Shown here: positions 19,772 to 29,709 of the stretch, one piece after another | Layout of the letters: the number at the start of each line of letters is the position of its first letter | Numbering within the stretch: position 1 is the stretch's first letter | DNA from: a virus | Lineage: Duplodnaviria > Heunggongvirae > Uroviricota > Caudoviricetes | Strand: one strand, 5' to 3' | Virus record (IMG/VR): IMGVR_UViG_3300015615_001076 | Location: 26,742-90,741 of that record | Length of the DNA: 64,000 nucleotides | Made by a program: the position numbers and the translations under genes | Notes under the pieces: model-generated | Databases searched by the model: none | Told to the model about the DNA's origin: nothing | What the model saw: only the letters and a program-made list of their open reading frames with translations

Positions 19772-22507
19772 TTAAAACCCCGCTGACGAGCGAGGCGATA
19801 CCGTCAGTATTGTCGGCGTCACACCCGGCACCAAGATGATCGTCCCATCGTCTTTGGTGACCTGACACTGAATCGTCTTGTCGACTGGAGCCTCATTCAC
19901 ACCGATCATTTCCAACTCCGTTACGGTGCCAGCCGGCAGGGCCGGCACCGTAAACACAGAGGTGTCATCGCGCATGATCGTCCCGGCGACGAACGGCGCG
20001 ACCGTTGAGAAGCGTTTGGTCGTGGAGGAGAGCGAACCGGGCATATCCGCTTCCAGGCCGACCCCAAAGAATCGCAGACCGTGCGCACCAGCCGTATTGA
20101 GCACTTTGGTATAGCCCCCGCCGTTTTGCTGGCAGAACCACGCAATCCCGAAGGGACTGGTGGTCGCGACAGACGCCGTCGCTTCGAGGCGCAAGCGAAA
20201 GATGCCATCGGGAATGATCTCGGTTGGGGTGTTCAGGAGCCCTTGCGCCGCCACGCCGGATTCCGTGCCAAACGCCTTGAAGACTTGATAGTTGGTCATG
20301 GTCAGCAGAGCCGTGGGGGGAGGCGCTTCGACAGCAGGCAACAAGGAGACCGCCAGGTGCGCCCAATACTTCGCCGCCCCTAAGACGCCGTCCATGACGC
20401 CGCCATCTGATCCGGACTGCGTACTGGAGGCCAAGAGCAGCGTTTGATTAGCATGGCTGATAGTAGGAAGCGCGGTCTGATTGACCCCTGCTGTATAGGA
20501 GGTCTCATTGGAGGACGCGGCACAATCGATGACGAGTTCCTGCGTATTCGTGGGAGCGGTGACGTTGGGCGTGGCACTCATCGCCGTGTTGCCTACCGCT
20601 GTGTTGAGTCCTGAAGTCTCGCGAAAGTCCGTCGCTCGCCCCAACAGTCCTGTGACGGCCCCGGTGGTCGTCACGTTCAGGGTCCGGACCCCCGATGACG
20701 GAGAGGCCACCTTCCACAATTCCACGGCACGATGGGGAGGCGAGGTCGTTTGACGCTTGACCAGCGAGAGGCTTTGCGCGTCGAGCGTCACGGCACTGAC
20801 CGATCCGACATTGCCCGCCGTATCGCGGAGAGCGATACATACGAGCAGTACATCCGGCACGGTCGTAATGGTATGGGGCCACAAGAGGCTGGCCGCCCCC
20901 GTCGTCCCAGATTGAGACGTGGTTCCGATGACGACGGTACTGGGGGTTCCCCCACCCCCACCCCCGCCACCATACCCAGCCGGAAGCGAGCAGCCCCCCG
21001 CGTTGACGTTCAAGCGCGTATGGATGGAATCGATGGAGGTTCCTGGTTGCCGGTTGATGCCATCCGGATCGGCTGCCCCATGCGGAAACTCTCCGGTGAT
21101 GGGATCCCACAGAGGAGTAGTGGTGAGTGTGCCATTCACATAGCGGTAGAGGATCGTCGCGCCGATATCGCTCCCGCCAGTTCCAGCTCCCTTTGCTGCC
21201 GCGCCAGCCGGTACCCAGAGCTTACAGGTCCCGAGCCCTGGATTGGTGGTGACGGCGTTCGTCCAGTTCGAGGGGAGCGCTGGAGAAAATGCGACTTCGT
21301 TGTTGTAGGAAATTACCCTGTCCCCGCTCCACGTATTATGGCCGGTAATCGAAAAGCCGGACGGGGTGCCAGAGGTACTGGAGAGCCCTTGCACAATAAT
21401 GTTCGTCATGGTGACAGAATTCTGCGCAGGAGTGCCGCCATACGAGGAATCGATGGCCTGAATTCCATGGCCGTTCACGCCCGTACCCCCACCAAGAATC
21501 GTGATATGGTCGAGCACGGCGCCGACGCAATCCTGGCACTTAATCCCGGAAGACGGTGAGGACCAATCCACAATGGCCACATCTTTGATCGTGATGTTCT
21601 GCGGCGAGTGATTCAAGTCGGCGACCTTTCGCCCGTTTGGGAACACGCCGTTTAAATGGTTGCACTTGTAGCAAATCGAGCCCAACACCTTCGACCCGCT
21701 CATCAGGACGCTATTGTCGTAGGTCGCGTTCATCTCATTGAGGAACAGACCGTGAGTGGTACCGTCCGCGATGGAATTTTCAAGGATACAGTTTTTGCAG
21801 GGGTACATGGAAAAGACGGCATCGGCGGCGCCAAGTTGTCCGGCAACCCCGCCAGCGATACGCCCTCCACGAGGGTTGCAGTATTGCCGCCTCACGACGA
21901 CTCGTTCTGATTGCCCTGCAGATACACAATGACGATGAAAGACGTACGATTCATTATCCTCGAAGAGGACATCTTGCGAGCGATAGGCGACGAACGTATG
22001 GTTATTGCCGTAGCGGTTCGGATTGACTGAGAGGTTATTCCGTGCCGTGATGTGATGGCTCGTCTCTATGTAAAATACCTCACCGAGCTCGTTGGTCGAA
22101 GTCGGTAGATAATTGTTATCCGTCGATCTGACATAGAGGCCGTCGAGCACAATATAGGCGCTATTCTGCACCCGCAGCGCATAGCCTGTGCCGTTGTCGA
22201 CGATCTTGGCTTGGCGGTCATGCTCGGCCCGTAAGGTAAACTCGTTCCCCGCCGTACACACCAACCCGCTGATCAACGGCTTGCCGGTACTCGTGCCATC
22301 GCCATAGACCCCGCTCAGCAACACTAGCTCGTCACTGCATCCGGATTTCCCTGCGCTTGAGCCAATGGCAAAGGAAAATGTGAGCCATGGGGTGGATGCA
22401 GACGTGCCGTTGTTACTATTGGAGCCGGTCGGTGAGAGGTAATAGGTCACTGCCGAGGCGGCAGGCGGCAGAAACAGGGAGAGTGCCAGCACCAGAATCA
22501 GCCTCAT
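19772..22507 (-). CDS. secreted right-handed parallel beta-helix protein (pectate-lyase fold; depolymerase/tailspike-like)
   Basis: Signal peptide MRLILVLALSLFLPPAASA. The N-terminus 'VTYYLSPTGSNSNNGTSASTPW' is typical of pectin-lyase-fold proteins. Multiple N-x-[ST] / Gly-rich beta-helix rungs, a GYGGGGGGGG linker and a C-terminal beta-sandwich. Confidence 0.65.
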   Translation of the reverse strand: MRLILVLALSLFLPPAASAVTYYLSPTGSNSNNGTSASTPWLTFSFAIGSSAGKSGCSDELVLLSGVYGDGTSTGKPLISGLVCTAGNEFTLRAEHDRQAKIVDNGTGYALRVQNSAYIVLDGLYVRSTDNNYLPTSTNELGEVFYIETSHHITARNNLSVNPNRYGNNHTFVAYRSQDVLFEDNESYVFHRHCVSAGQSERVVVRRQYCNPRGGRIAGGVAGQLGAADAVFSMYPCKNCILENSIADGTTHGLFLNEMNATYDNSVLMSGSKVLGSICYKCNHLNGVFPNGRKVADLNHSPQNITIKDVAIVDWSSPSSGIKCQDCVGAVLDHITILGGGTGVNGHGIQAIDSSYGGTPAQNSVTMTNIIVQGLSSTSGTPSGFSITGHNTWSGDRVISYNNEVAFSPALPSNWTNAVTTNPGLGTCKLWVPAGAAAKGAGTGGSDIGATILYRYVNGTLTTTPLWDPITGEFPHGAADPDGINRQPGTSIDSIHTRLNVNAGGCSLPAGYGGGGGGGGTPSTVVIGTTSQSGTTGAASLLWPHTITTVPDVLLVCIALRDTAGNVGSVSAVTLDAQSLSLVKRQTTSPPHRAVELWKVASPSSGVRTLNVTTTGAVTGLLGRATDFRETSGLNTAVGNTAMSATPNVTAPTNTQELVIDCAASSNETSYTAGVNQTALPTISHANQTLLLASSTQSGSDGGVMDGVLGAAKYWAHLAVSLLPAVEAPPPTALLTMTNYQVFKAFGTESGVAAQGLLNTPTEIIPDGIFRLRLEATASVATTSPFGIAWFCQQNGGGYTKVLNTAGAHGLRFFGVGLEADMPGSLSSTTKRFSTVAPFVAGTIMRDDTSVFTVPALPAGTVTELEMIGVNEAPVDKTIQCQVTKDDGTIILVPGVTPTILTVSPRSSAGF

Positions 22508-23667
22508 GGAAACACCCAGGGAGCCCTGCGCCTTTGCGCACTCGGAAAGGCCGTGATATCCATCGCATACCAATTATTGAGGGCCGCGACATTATCAGCG
22601 GTGCCTGATCCGCTGGTGCGCACACCGCCCAAGCCAAACCCTGAGATCGTCGCGTCCGTGGTGGGCGCAATCACGGTGACGCCATTGACGTAACAGGCGG
22701 CTTGATCGTTGAGGACGCGCAGTTCAAGGATGTCACCCGCTGTCGGAACGACGAGGGACGAGGCCGCGAGCACGGTTCTGGCCCCGCTGAGGAGGTAGCC
22801 CAGCTCATATTCATCGGTGCCGGCGAGGTCCCGCGCCATGCAGTAGTAATAGGTGCCCGTCGCGTTATTTTCCTTTCGAGCTATCACCCCGGCTTCATTC
22901 ACCGTCGCCGAGTTGCGTGTGAGAATGGCCAACGTCGCGCCAACGGCCATGTCATCGGTTGCCAGGCCCGACGTCATTCGGGCCGCTTGCGTGGCCACAC
23001 TGTTGGTCGTAGTCGCCTGATTCGAGACGATACCGATGACGGTTCCCTGAAATCGGCTCCAGGTGAGCTGGCACGTGAGACTGGTGCTGCTATCAGCACA
23101 ATCCCAATTCTCGTTATAGGACGCGGCCCAGGCGTTTGAGACCTCGATGAGTTTCGAGAGGAGCGTGAACGGCCAGTGAAGCAGCGCGTCGATCGTGCGG
23201 AGATCAGGCACGGAGAACATCGAGCGAGCCACCGGCGCGTCCCAGATCTGTTTTCCACCGATGGTGATACGGTTGGTGCCCTGCGCGGTCAGCCGGAGTT
23301 TCAGACTGTTGGTTTGTGCGACGGCTCCGACGAGATCCGAGAGCGTGTCCATCGTCACCGCCCGGCCCAGCACAGGCTGAAGCGCGGTTTTTAACCCTGC
23401 ACTCAACCGCGTCGAATCATCATCGGGCATCGCAATGACGCCCATCTGAGCCGGCACAGCCGGTCCACGGCAGAGCATGTATCCGGCCACCAGAGCGGGG
23501 TTGACTCGAAGATCAGTACACACCGTTGGATTGGCACTCTTGTGTGCACGATAGGGATCGGTCTCCGTCCCCGTCCCAATCACCGGCGAGAGATACGTGG
23601 CCGTTTGCGCGTGCGCGAGATCCAGGAGACTGGTGACGGCCAGCAGCATGGCGAGCAGAAGCCGCAT
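22504..23667 (-). CDS. secreted hypothetical protein (N-terminus resembles beta-helix cap: QTATYLSPVIGTGTETDPY)
   Basis: Signal peptide MRLLLAMLLAVTSLLDLAHA. ATGA-type overlap with neighbours. Confidence 0.5.
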   Translation of the reverse strand: MRLLLAMLLAVTSLLDLAHAQTATYLSPVIGTGTETDPYRAHKSANPTVCTDLRVNPALVAGYMLCRGPAVPAQMGVIAMPDDDSTRLSAGLKTALQPVLGRAVTMDTLSDLVGAVAQTNSLKLRLTAQGTNRITIGGKQIWDAPVARSMFSVPDLRTIDALLHWPFTLLSKLIEVSNAWAASYNENWDCADSSTSLTCQLTWSRFQGTVIGIVSNQATTTNSVATQAARMTSGLATDDMAVGATLAILTRNSATVNEAGVIARKENNATGTYYYCMARDLAGTDEYELGYLLSGARTVLAASSLVVPTAGDILELRVLNDQAACYVNGVTVIAPTTDATISGFGLGGVRTSGSGTADNVAALNNWYAMDITAFPSAQRRRAPWVFP

Positions 23668-23668
23668 G

Positions 23669-24931
23669 TTAATCACTCCACGAATTGACAAGAAGTTGGA
23701 TTTCCGCTTCCCCACGTAAAAAGAAATTCGCGAGCTGCGCGGACGTGGTCCCGGTGGCGTTCACCTCACACACCCCGTTGATGATGGCGTGTTCGGCCAC
23801 GGTGCCATTGATCGTCAGCGCGGGTGTGACCGCGCTGACTTCACGATATTGGGTGGCCGGGGTGAGCGTGACGGCTTGCTCGTTGGTGGTTTGGTGCGCC
23901 TCGCCGGTATCGACGCCAGGCCGATACGACTTCACCGCACAATCCAGCACAATGTTGCCGGACGGCGAGCCCGCCGTACTCAGGCCCCACAACCGAACCG
24001 TCAGTGTCGTCGCACCCTCCATCCGTTTAATCACCGGGAAATGAAAGGAAAACCCATCGCTATTGGAGTCGGTCAGCTTGCCCCAATAGGCTTTGGCCTG
24101 TCCGGCCACCGGTTGGTCCGGTGCCATGGTGACAGCGCCGCCATGCGATTCGAGGTTGACGGGGAACGACGCGAGGAGCCGATGGGTGGCGTGAAACTTG
24201 TATTTCTCGTTGGGTGTCCCAGCGGCGCTGGGATTGATCTCCAACAGGTTGATGCCATTGGCCTGATCCCGGATCCCGCACTTGTACCCGGTCCAGCATC
24301 GCCAGAGCGTATCGCCCAGCGGTTGGGGCTTCATCATGAGCCCGTCGCTTGCATCGTGAAACCAACAGTAATACTGCGTGAGCGTCCCGACCCGAAAACA
24401 GTTCGCCTCTGAATCGGCCCCGGTAATCGCCTTGCCGAAGGAAAACGCACTCTGGATGGATTGCGCCTCGGCGGTCAGGCCGGCACCGGTCACATGGACA
24501 TAGTTCGCCCCGTCTGACGCGATGAGCGTGCCGCGCCCAGGATCCAAATCGAGATCGGCCGCGCCTTGAATCGTAGAGGTCGTGGGCTGAACCGTCACTT
24601 GGCCAGTCCCGATATTCGCCAAGTAGATGTAATACCCTGCATCAAACCCGGTCGTGCCCGCTTGCGGGAGCGTCACCGAGACAGCCGCCGCATTATCGAA
24701 CGTCACGATACAGCCGCGATCAGCCGCCACAATGGTGTAGCTGGTCCCGGTCTGCGCGTTGACACAGATATTGACGCGGATCGTGCCCGTTGTGGTCACC
24801 GGCGAGCCTGTGGCTGTCTCCAGCCCACCCGAGGCGGTGATGCTGGTGACGGTCCCCGATCCGGACGTCGTGGCCCCATAGGCTGTTGCGGCACACAGCC
24901 AGACCAGCGCGATCCACCCCCATCTGATCAT
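23669..24931 (-). CDS. secreted Cys-containing hypothetical protein
   Basis: Signal peptide MIRWGWIALVWLCAATAYG. Thr/Gly-rich beta N-terminus. Confidence 0.5.
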   Translation of the reverse strand: MIRWGWIALVWLCAATAYGATTSGSGTVTSITASGGLETATGSPVTTTGTIRVNICVNAQTGTSYTIVAADRGCIVTFDNAAAVSVTLPQAGTTGFDAGYYIYLANIGTGQVTVQPTTSTIQGAADLDLDPGRGTLIASDGANYVHVTGAGLTAEAQSIQSAFSFGKAITGADSEANCFRVGTLTQYYCWFHDASDGLMMKPQPLGDTLWRCWTGYKCGIRDQANGINLLEINPSAAGTPNEKYKFHATHRLLASFPVNLESHGGAVTMAPDQPVAGQAKAYWGKLTDSNSDGFSFHFPVIKRMEGATTLTVRLWGLSTAGSPSGNIVLDCAVKSYRPGVDTGEAHQTTNEQAVTLTPATQYREVSAVTPALTINGTVAEHAIINGVCEVNATGTTSAQLANFFLRGEAEIQLLVNSWSD

Positions 24932-26052
24932 TGCAATTCCTCCGTACAAGAGAAGACGACATTGGACGATTCGGAGATCATGTAGACGGCAGCCGGGTTA
25001 CGAATTTCGCCAGCGACGAGCCAGCGTTGTCCGGCGGTCAGACCGACCGAGGCATTGCCCCACCGCACATTGACGTCGGGCGAATGTTTTGTGCAGGACA
25101 GGGACACGCGATTGGCATTCGCAGCGGCCACAAGTGTGGGCGAACCGGTGACGGTCACATCATTGAGCGGCACATGACTGACGCCGGAGCGCACACAGTT
25201 CGCACAGCTCGTCACGAGCTGTCCGCTGGCATTCACGCTCGCCGTGTTACCGCCCTGCGTCAGCGTGCTGAGCACCGGCGTCATCGACGCGATGCCCTGA
25301 ATCGAGAGCACCTGACTGTCGGGAGCCCCCGGCGTCCCGAACGCCGCCGCAAAGTTGGAGGAGGTGAGCAGCGACGCGAGGGTGGTCTCGGTGGCCAGGT
25401 TGGCGCTGTTACTCTGCACCTGCAGCGGCGTCATCCCTGGAATACCCTGGACGGTCCTGACCTGCGTATCAGGGGAGGCCGCTGAACCGAAGGCCGCATC
25501 GTGGGCAGCGGTCGTGAGGAGCGCGGACGTGTTGAGGTTCGTACCGGCGTTGACGGTCACGGTGCCATCGACCGTCAGGGCACCAGACCCATCGCCAACG
25601 AGAAACGTCCCGTTACCAGGATTCACGATGACCGGATTAGCCGTCGTGCCACCGATCACCGAGCCGCCCGAGGCCGGGAGGGCAATCCCGAAGAGGGTCA
25701 GTGTTTGCGTTCCTGCTCCCGAATCGGCATCAACTGTGACATTGGACTGTTGATTGGTGAACGTGCCACTTCCGGCGTTGACGGTTGGGGTGTTCTGGAC
25801 CGCGACATTCAGCCGGTTATTGTTGTCGTCCCACACATCGGCAAAGATCTTGACGAGGCCCTTGAGGAACGCCATTACGCTGTTCGGTGTGACGGCATCC
25901 GTCGAGGCGGTATCCCCTTTCGCGCCGGTGGTCGCATGGGCGCCATCGACGGAACTCGTCTTCTGCGTTTGCGGTGCGCTTTGCGCCTGCACAGGCAATC
26001 CACTGAGCCCAACCAGGACCACCGTGATGAGGAGGACTCGCCTCAGGTGCAT
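24928..26052 (-). CDS. secreted fibre-like protein with internal tandem repeat
   Basis: Signal peptide MHLRRVLLITVVLVGLSGLPVQA. Duplicated ~25-aa unit AAFGSAASPDTQVRTVQGIPGMTPLQVQ / AAFGTPGAPDSQVLSIQGIASMTPVLS. Confidence 0.5.
   Translation of the reverse strand: MHLRRVLLITVVLVGLSGLPVQAQSAPQTQKTSSVDGAHATTGAKGDTASTDAVTPNSVMAFLKGLVKIFADVWDDNNNRLNVAVQNTPTVNAGSGTFTNQQSNVTVDADSGAGTQTLTLFGIALPASGGSVIGGTTANPVIVNPGNGTFLVGDGSGALTVDGTVTVNAGTNLNTSALLTTAAHDAAFGSAASPDTQVRTVQGIPGMTPLQVQSNSANLATETTLASLLTSSNFAAAFGTPGAPDSQVLSIQGIASMTPVLSTLTQGGNTASVNASGQLVTSCANCVRSGVSHVPLNDVTVTGSPTLVAAANANRVSLSCTKHSPDVNVRWGNASVGLTAGQRWLVAGEIRNPAAVYMISESSNVVFSCTEELQ
25273..25497 (-). repeat. in-frame tandem duplication inside the 24928..26052 CDS
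   Basis: Two copies of a ~25-aa unit separated by ~25 aa. Confidence 0.5.
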
Positions 26053-26054
26053 AC

Positions 26055-26555
26055 TCACTCCTGCGTATAGAAGACCCGTCCGGAACACTGCACGGCTTGG
26101 GTCGTATTGACGTTCAACGGACTATTCGTACCGAGCGTGAACCAGGGGTCGGTGTCCTTCGGCAGCAACACGACACCGCCTTGCGCAAGATCGATCACAC
26201 CCATCATCGGGGTGACACCGTCACGGATCGAGACCGATTGGTCCCCGTTCGACCAAAGCAACAGCTTCCAGATGCGAATGATCTTTCCGGCAACGGCCGC
26301 GATGAGGATGTGATCCCCGGTCGTCGCAAAATTGATGGGGAGTTCCAAGAGCCCGCTTGCGGCCTGTCGAACCACCTGTCCATATTCCGTACTCGACGGC
26401 TGCGTATTCTTCACTCGCGCCAAGGCGACTGGATCAACCGGATCCGCCGCCACCTGGCGCGATCGATGGACGACCTGCCCACTGACCGTCAACACATCCT
26501 GGTCTATTTTTTTCCCGGTGCTATCCGGAGGGACCTGAATGTAGCCGTCAGACAT
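26055..26555 (-). CDS. hypothetical protein (166 aa)
   Basis: ORF coupled to the downstream secreted protein. No signal peptide. Confidence 0.4.
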   Translation of the reverse strand: MSDGYIQVPPDSTGKKIDQDVLTVSGQVVHRSRQVAADPVDPVALARVKNTQPSSTEYGQVVRQAASGLLELPINFATTGDHILIAAVAGKIIRIWKLLLWSNGDQSVSIRDGVTPMMGVIDLAQGGVVLLPKDTDPWFTLGTNSPLNVNTTQAVQCSGRVFYTQE

Positions 26556-26558
26556 GCG

Positions 26559-26843
26559 TCATCCTGCTCCGTGCGGTTGTGACGGCGGAGCGGGCGGCAC
26601 CACTCCAGCCAACTCCTTGACCTTCTCCCAGCTACGGCCCCCGACGTACAGGCCGAAAAAGACACCGGCGAGGTAATAGAAATCTTCGTGGAGATCGAGA
26701 TGTTTTGGTTCTTTGCCTTGCCAGAGGAGCCAGGACGGCACGACGATGAAGGCAAAGAGGAGAATGGCGTAAATGACGTAGGGGCCGGTCGGACGAGCGA
26801 GCTTCACGTAGGTGCGTTCAACGTCAGTCATGGCGCACTCCAT
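26559..26843 (-). CDS. small membrane protein (holin-like topology)
   Basis: 94 aa with two hydrophobic helices (YVIYAILLFAFIVVPSWLLW ; FYYLAGVFFGLYVGG). Confidence 0.4.
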   Translation of the reverse strand: MECAMTDVERTYVKLARPTGPYVIYAILLFAFIVVPSWLLWQGKEPKHLDLHEDFYYLAGVFFGLYVGGRSWEKVKELAGVVPPAPPSQPHGAG

Positions 26844-26991
26844 AAAAAAGCCCGGCAGACGAGAGGAGTCTCATCTACCGGGCTTCAGTGAACTGATCAC
26901 CCGATCGAATCGTTTCAATCCTCGCCTGCCCGTTCGAGCAGGCGCACGGCTATCTTACGGCGACTGGTGCATCGCCCAACAGATTATTTCG

Positions 26992-27288
26992 TCACGCGAG
27001 TGCGGCCGGCATGCGACCGCGATAGAGATGCACCGCGCCGCTGTCTCGCGTGCCGATCTTGATCCCATGCTCAAACCACCGCTTCAGCACCACTTCTTCA
27101 TCCTTGTTCGCCACTGAACAAGTCATGGCCACGATGACTTTGTCGTTCTTGTCCGTCACGATGCATTTGTGATCCACGGTCGTGGGGTCGACCCATCGAA
27201 TGCGATCGACATACACACGCCCATGCACGAGTGGACCAGTCACCGCCGAATCCACAATCCACGGATCAGTCTCAAATGAGTTGGCCAT
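26992..27288 (-). CDS. hypothetical protein
   Basis: 98-aa ORF. Confidence 0.35.
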   Translation of the reverse strand: MANSFETDPWIVDSAVTGPLVHGRVYVDRIRWVDPTTVDHKCIVTDKNDKVIVAMTCSVANKDEEVVLKRWFEHGIKIGTRDSGAVHLYRGRMPAALA

Positions 27289-27297
27289 AGATGCTCC

Positions 27298-27546
27298 TTA
27301 CTGTTCTCCGATATACCGCCCGTTGACGACACTGAGACACTTCCCGTTCTGACAGCGCACGCTATCGGCTCCGCTCACGAAATCCCATTCGACTCGCGTC
27401 ATGGACGGCGGAACAGCCTCGGTGTGGACTGGCGGCGATGGCTGTCTCTGTTGCTGACGATACGCCCCGATCAGGGCATAGAGCGCGAGATCCAAGCGCG
27501 TCGTACGCATCAGCCAGCACCAGGCCAAGACGACACGCGTCGTCAT
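27298..27546 (-). CDS. hypothetical protein
   Basis: 82-aa ORF whose start overlaps the MuF-like gene stop. Confidence 0.3.
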   Translation of the reverse strand: MTTRVVLAWCWLMRTTRLDLALYALIGAYRQQQRQPSPPVHTEAVPPSMTRVEWDFVSGADSVRCQNGKCLSVVNGRYIGEQ

Positions 27547-28634
27547 GCGAGCCCAATCCGTTTCTTTTGCGCGTCCGTCAGCTCAATCTGTTTGACCCAA
27601 TTGCAGCGGCAGATCGGGTGGGCTGGAATGGCCGGAACAACTAATTCATCTGGATCACGATCGATCAGCCCAATTCCGTCCACCCGTTTTTTCTTCGCAA
27701 TCGCTCGACCGACATTCATCAGGTGCTTGCCCGCCCAGACCATCGTGTCAGGGTCTTTATGAGTTTGGTGCGCCGGGACCACAAGAAAGGTTTTCCCATC
27801 CTGGCTTTTGCAATAGTCACAACAACCGGGATGCGCAAGCCACCGCACCGATTCTCCAGGCGTCGTCGCCAACAAGAACCCATCTGATCCATTGATGGCC
27901 GTTTCCGTCACCACCACCCGGCGCCAATCGCGATTGAGATCACCAAAAGCATCGGACAAGGCCTGCTGTAGCGGCGCACCCTGATAGCGTATGTGCCCCG
28001 TGGCGATTCTGGCGCGTTCCGCGTCAATCAAGATCTTTTGCAGCTTCGAACGAGTGCCGTGCGTGAGGTCAGCCACCAACCGACCCGCTGAGACTTGCGC
28101 GACTTGGAGCCGGGCGGCATCGGCGTCGTCCATCAATCCCGCTTTGTAGGCCTGCGTCATCGACACCGGAATCTCCGCCACGGCGGCCCTCGGCGTGGTC
28201 ACTGCGCCGCCAGCATGGAGTTTGCCTGCTAAGTACTGGCGAACAGCCTGTCGTTTGGCTTCGTTCTGCGTCAAGGCGACCGGTAGATACTTCTGCATCA
28301 AACAATCCAGCATATCGATATAATCGTGGATCGTGAGGCTGCCCGGCTCGGCTGATCGGGCCAGCTGTTCGAGTTGCTTACATCGGTTCTCCGGTGCCTC
28401 CTCAACTGCCTTTGCCATTTGCCGTGGGGGGCCAGAGACCAGAAGGAGCAGCAATTTCACCTGCAACTTGTGTAGCGCCTGCACCAACCAATCGGTCCCG
28501 GCATTCTCCACTTCGGCGAAGAGCGCACTGGTCGGATGCGGATCGAACAGCATCCGCTCTTCCACGGCTTTACACAGATAATCGACCGCCAGGTTCGCCT
28601 GGTCTGCCGGCACTCTGGTGGCATCGATCAGCAT
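27543..28634 (-). CDS. MuF-like / SPP1 gp7-family head morphogenesis protein
   Basis: C-terminal 'PAHPICRCNW' matches the conserved HPxCRC end of the Phage_Mu_F family. The position downstream of the portal is typical. Confidence 0.7.
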   Translation of the reverse strand: MLIDATRVPADQANLAVDYLCKAVEERMLFDPHPTSALFAEVENAGTDWLVQALHKLQVKLLLLLVSGPPRQMAKAVEEAPENRCKQLEQLARSAEPGSLTIHDYIDMLDCLMQKYLPVALTQNEAKRQAVRQYLAGKLHAGGAVTTPRAAVAEIPVSMTQAYKAGLMDDADAARLQVAQVSAGRLVADLTHGTRSKLQKILIDAERARIATGHIRYQGAPLQQALSDAFGDLNRDWRRVVVTETAINGSDGFLLATTPGESVRWLAHPGCCDYCKSQDGKTFLVVPAHQTHKDPDTMVWAGKHLMNVGRAIAKKKRVDGIGLIDRDPDELVVPAIPAHPICRCNWVKQIELTDAQKKRIGLA

Positions 28635-28861
28635 CAGAGCGCCACAAACCGAAAATCGTCCCGCTCGCAGATCGCTTCAGGAGTGGCGTGGTTCCTCAAC
28701 ACATAGAGCTGATGGACACAAATCGAGCGATGCGCCGCCCGTGCGAGATCCACTTCCGCCGCCACCCGTTCGATCGGCACTTGGATCACGCTCGACGGCT
28801 CGCCGCGCCGGTGAATGATGAAGGGACGTGCTGGATCGTGCAGAACGCCGATGGTCATCAT
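28634..28861 (-). CDS. hypothetical protein
   Basis: Start at the internal Met abutting the upstream gene. Confidence 0.3.
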   Translation of the reverse strand: MMTIGVLHDPARPFIIHRRGEPSSVIQVPIERVAAEVDLARAAHRSICVHQLYVLRNHATPEAICERDDFRFVAL

Positions 28862-29262
28862 ACGGCGTGGGGCTCCCTGGGCTCGCTGGACGGCTGCGTC
28901 GTGTCCGCTTCGATGCACTGCAACAGCTTGGCATAGACCGACACATCTTGGAGCCGTGCCTGGATCCCTTCGACACGGGTCTCAATCCGTTGAGACTTGA
29001 TCCATAAATAGGCATCGACTTGCTTCAGCATATAGACCAGGGCCACCATGGCCGGATCCGTCAGGTCAAGGCCAGGGTAGAGTTTCAGGATGTGGCTCAC
29101 GCGTAAGAAGTTCCCGAGCGGATGACCGCCGTGCGCATAGTCATGGTTCTTCTGGTCATGAAGCTCAAGCTCGTGGAGGGTAAGATCTGGAAACAGCGGA
29201 TGGCCGTTCGGGTAACTGGTCCGTAGAGCCGACAACAGTGCGTGCTTGACGTGATCCATCAC
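28858..29262 (-). CDS. hypothetical protein (His-rich motif HDYAHGGHP)
   Basis: 134-aa ORF. Confidence 0.4.
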   Translation of the reverse strand: MMDHVKHALLSALRTSYPNGHPLFPDLTLHELELHDQKNHDYAHGGHPLGNFLRVSHILKLYPGLDLTDPAMVALVYMLKQVDAYLWIKSQRIETRVEGIQARLQDVSVYAKLLQCIEADTTQPSSEPREPHAV

Positions 29263-29269
29263 GCTTCCC

Positions 29270-29698
29270 CTACGGACACCAATGATGCGTTTTGGTGCCG
29301 CCGTCGTATGGCACCGCGAGTCCCAGATCGAGCAAGACCTGGTTCAGGTTGATGCCGTCGGCCATCACCGTGGCATTCAGTCGAAAATACTTGTCCCGTT
29401 TCGGATCTTGCAGGGCAATCGCTTTGGCCTGTTGCAGATGACGCACGAGCAGCGCTTTCGCGGCCTGTGCCACGCGACGCGCTTCGAGGCAGGGCGCGTT
29501 CAGTTCTGGCGTATCAATCCCCTGCAGTCGGACCGACACGTTCCGGCCAAAGACATCGGGGACATGCTGAATGTTGACGATGCAGGTGTCGCCGTCATGG
29601 CAGCGGACATACTGCACCCCAATCACATCATCGTAGGCCAACACCGGCGTCCACAGGAACCCCACGCCACACGCAAGCACAAGCAGGAACCACCGCAT
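29270..29698 (-). CDS. secreted staphylococcal-nuclease (SNase/thermonuclease)-like nuclease
   Basis: Signal peptide MRWFLLVLACGVGFLWTPVLA. 'DGDT' and 'VRLQGIDTPE' are the catalytic calcium-binding motifs of the SNase fold. Confidence 0.7.
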   Translation of the reverse strand: MRWFLLVLACGVGFLWTPVLAYDDVIGVQYVRCHDGDTCIVNIQHVPDVFGRNVSVRLQGIDTPELNAPCLEARRVAQAAKALLVRHLQQAKAIALQDPKRDKYFRLNATVMADGINLNQVLLDLGLAVPYDGGTKTHHWCP

Positions 29699-29709
29699 CG
29701 CGTCCTCCC

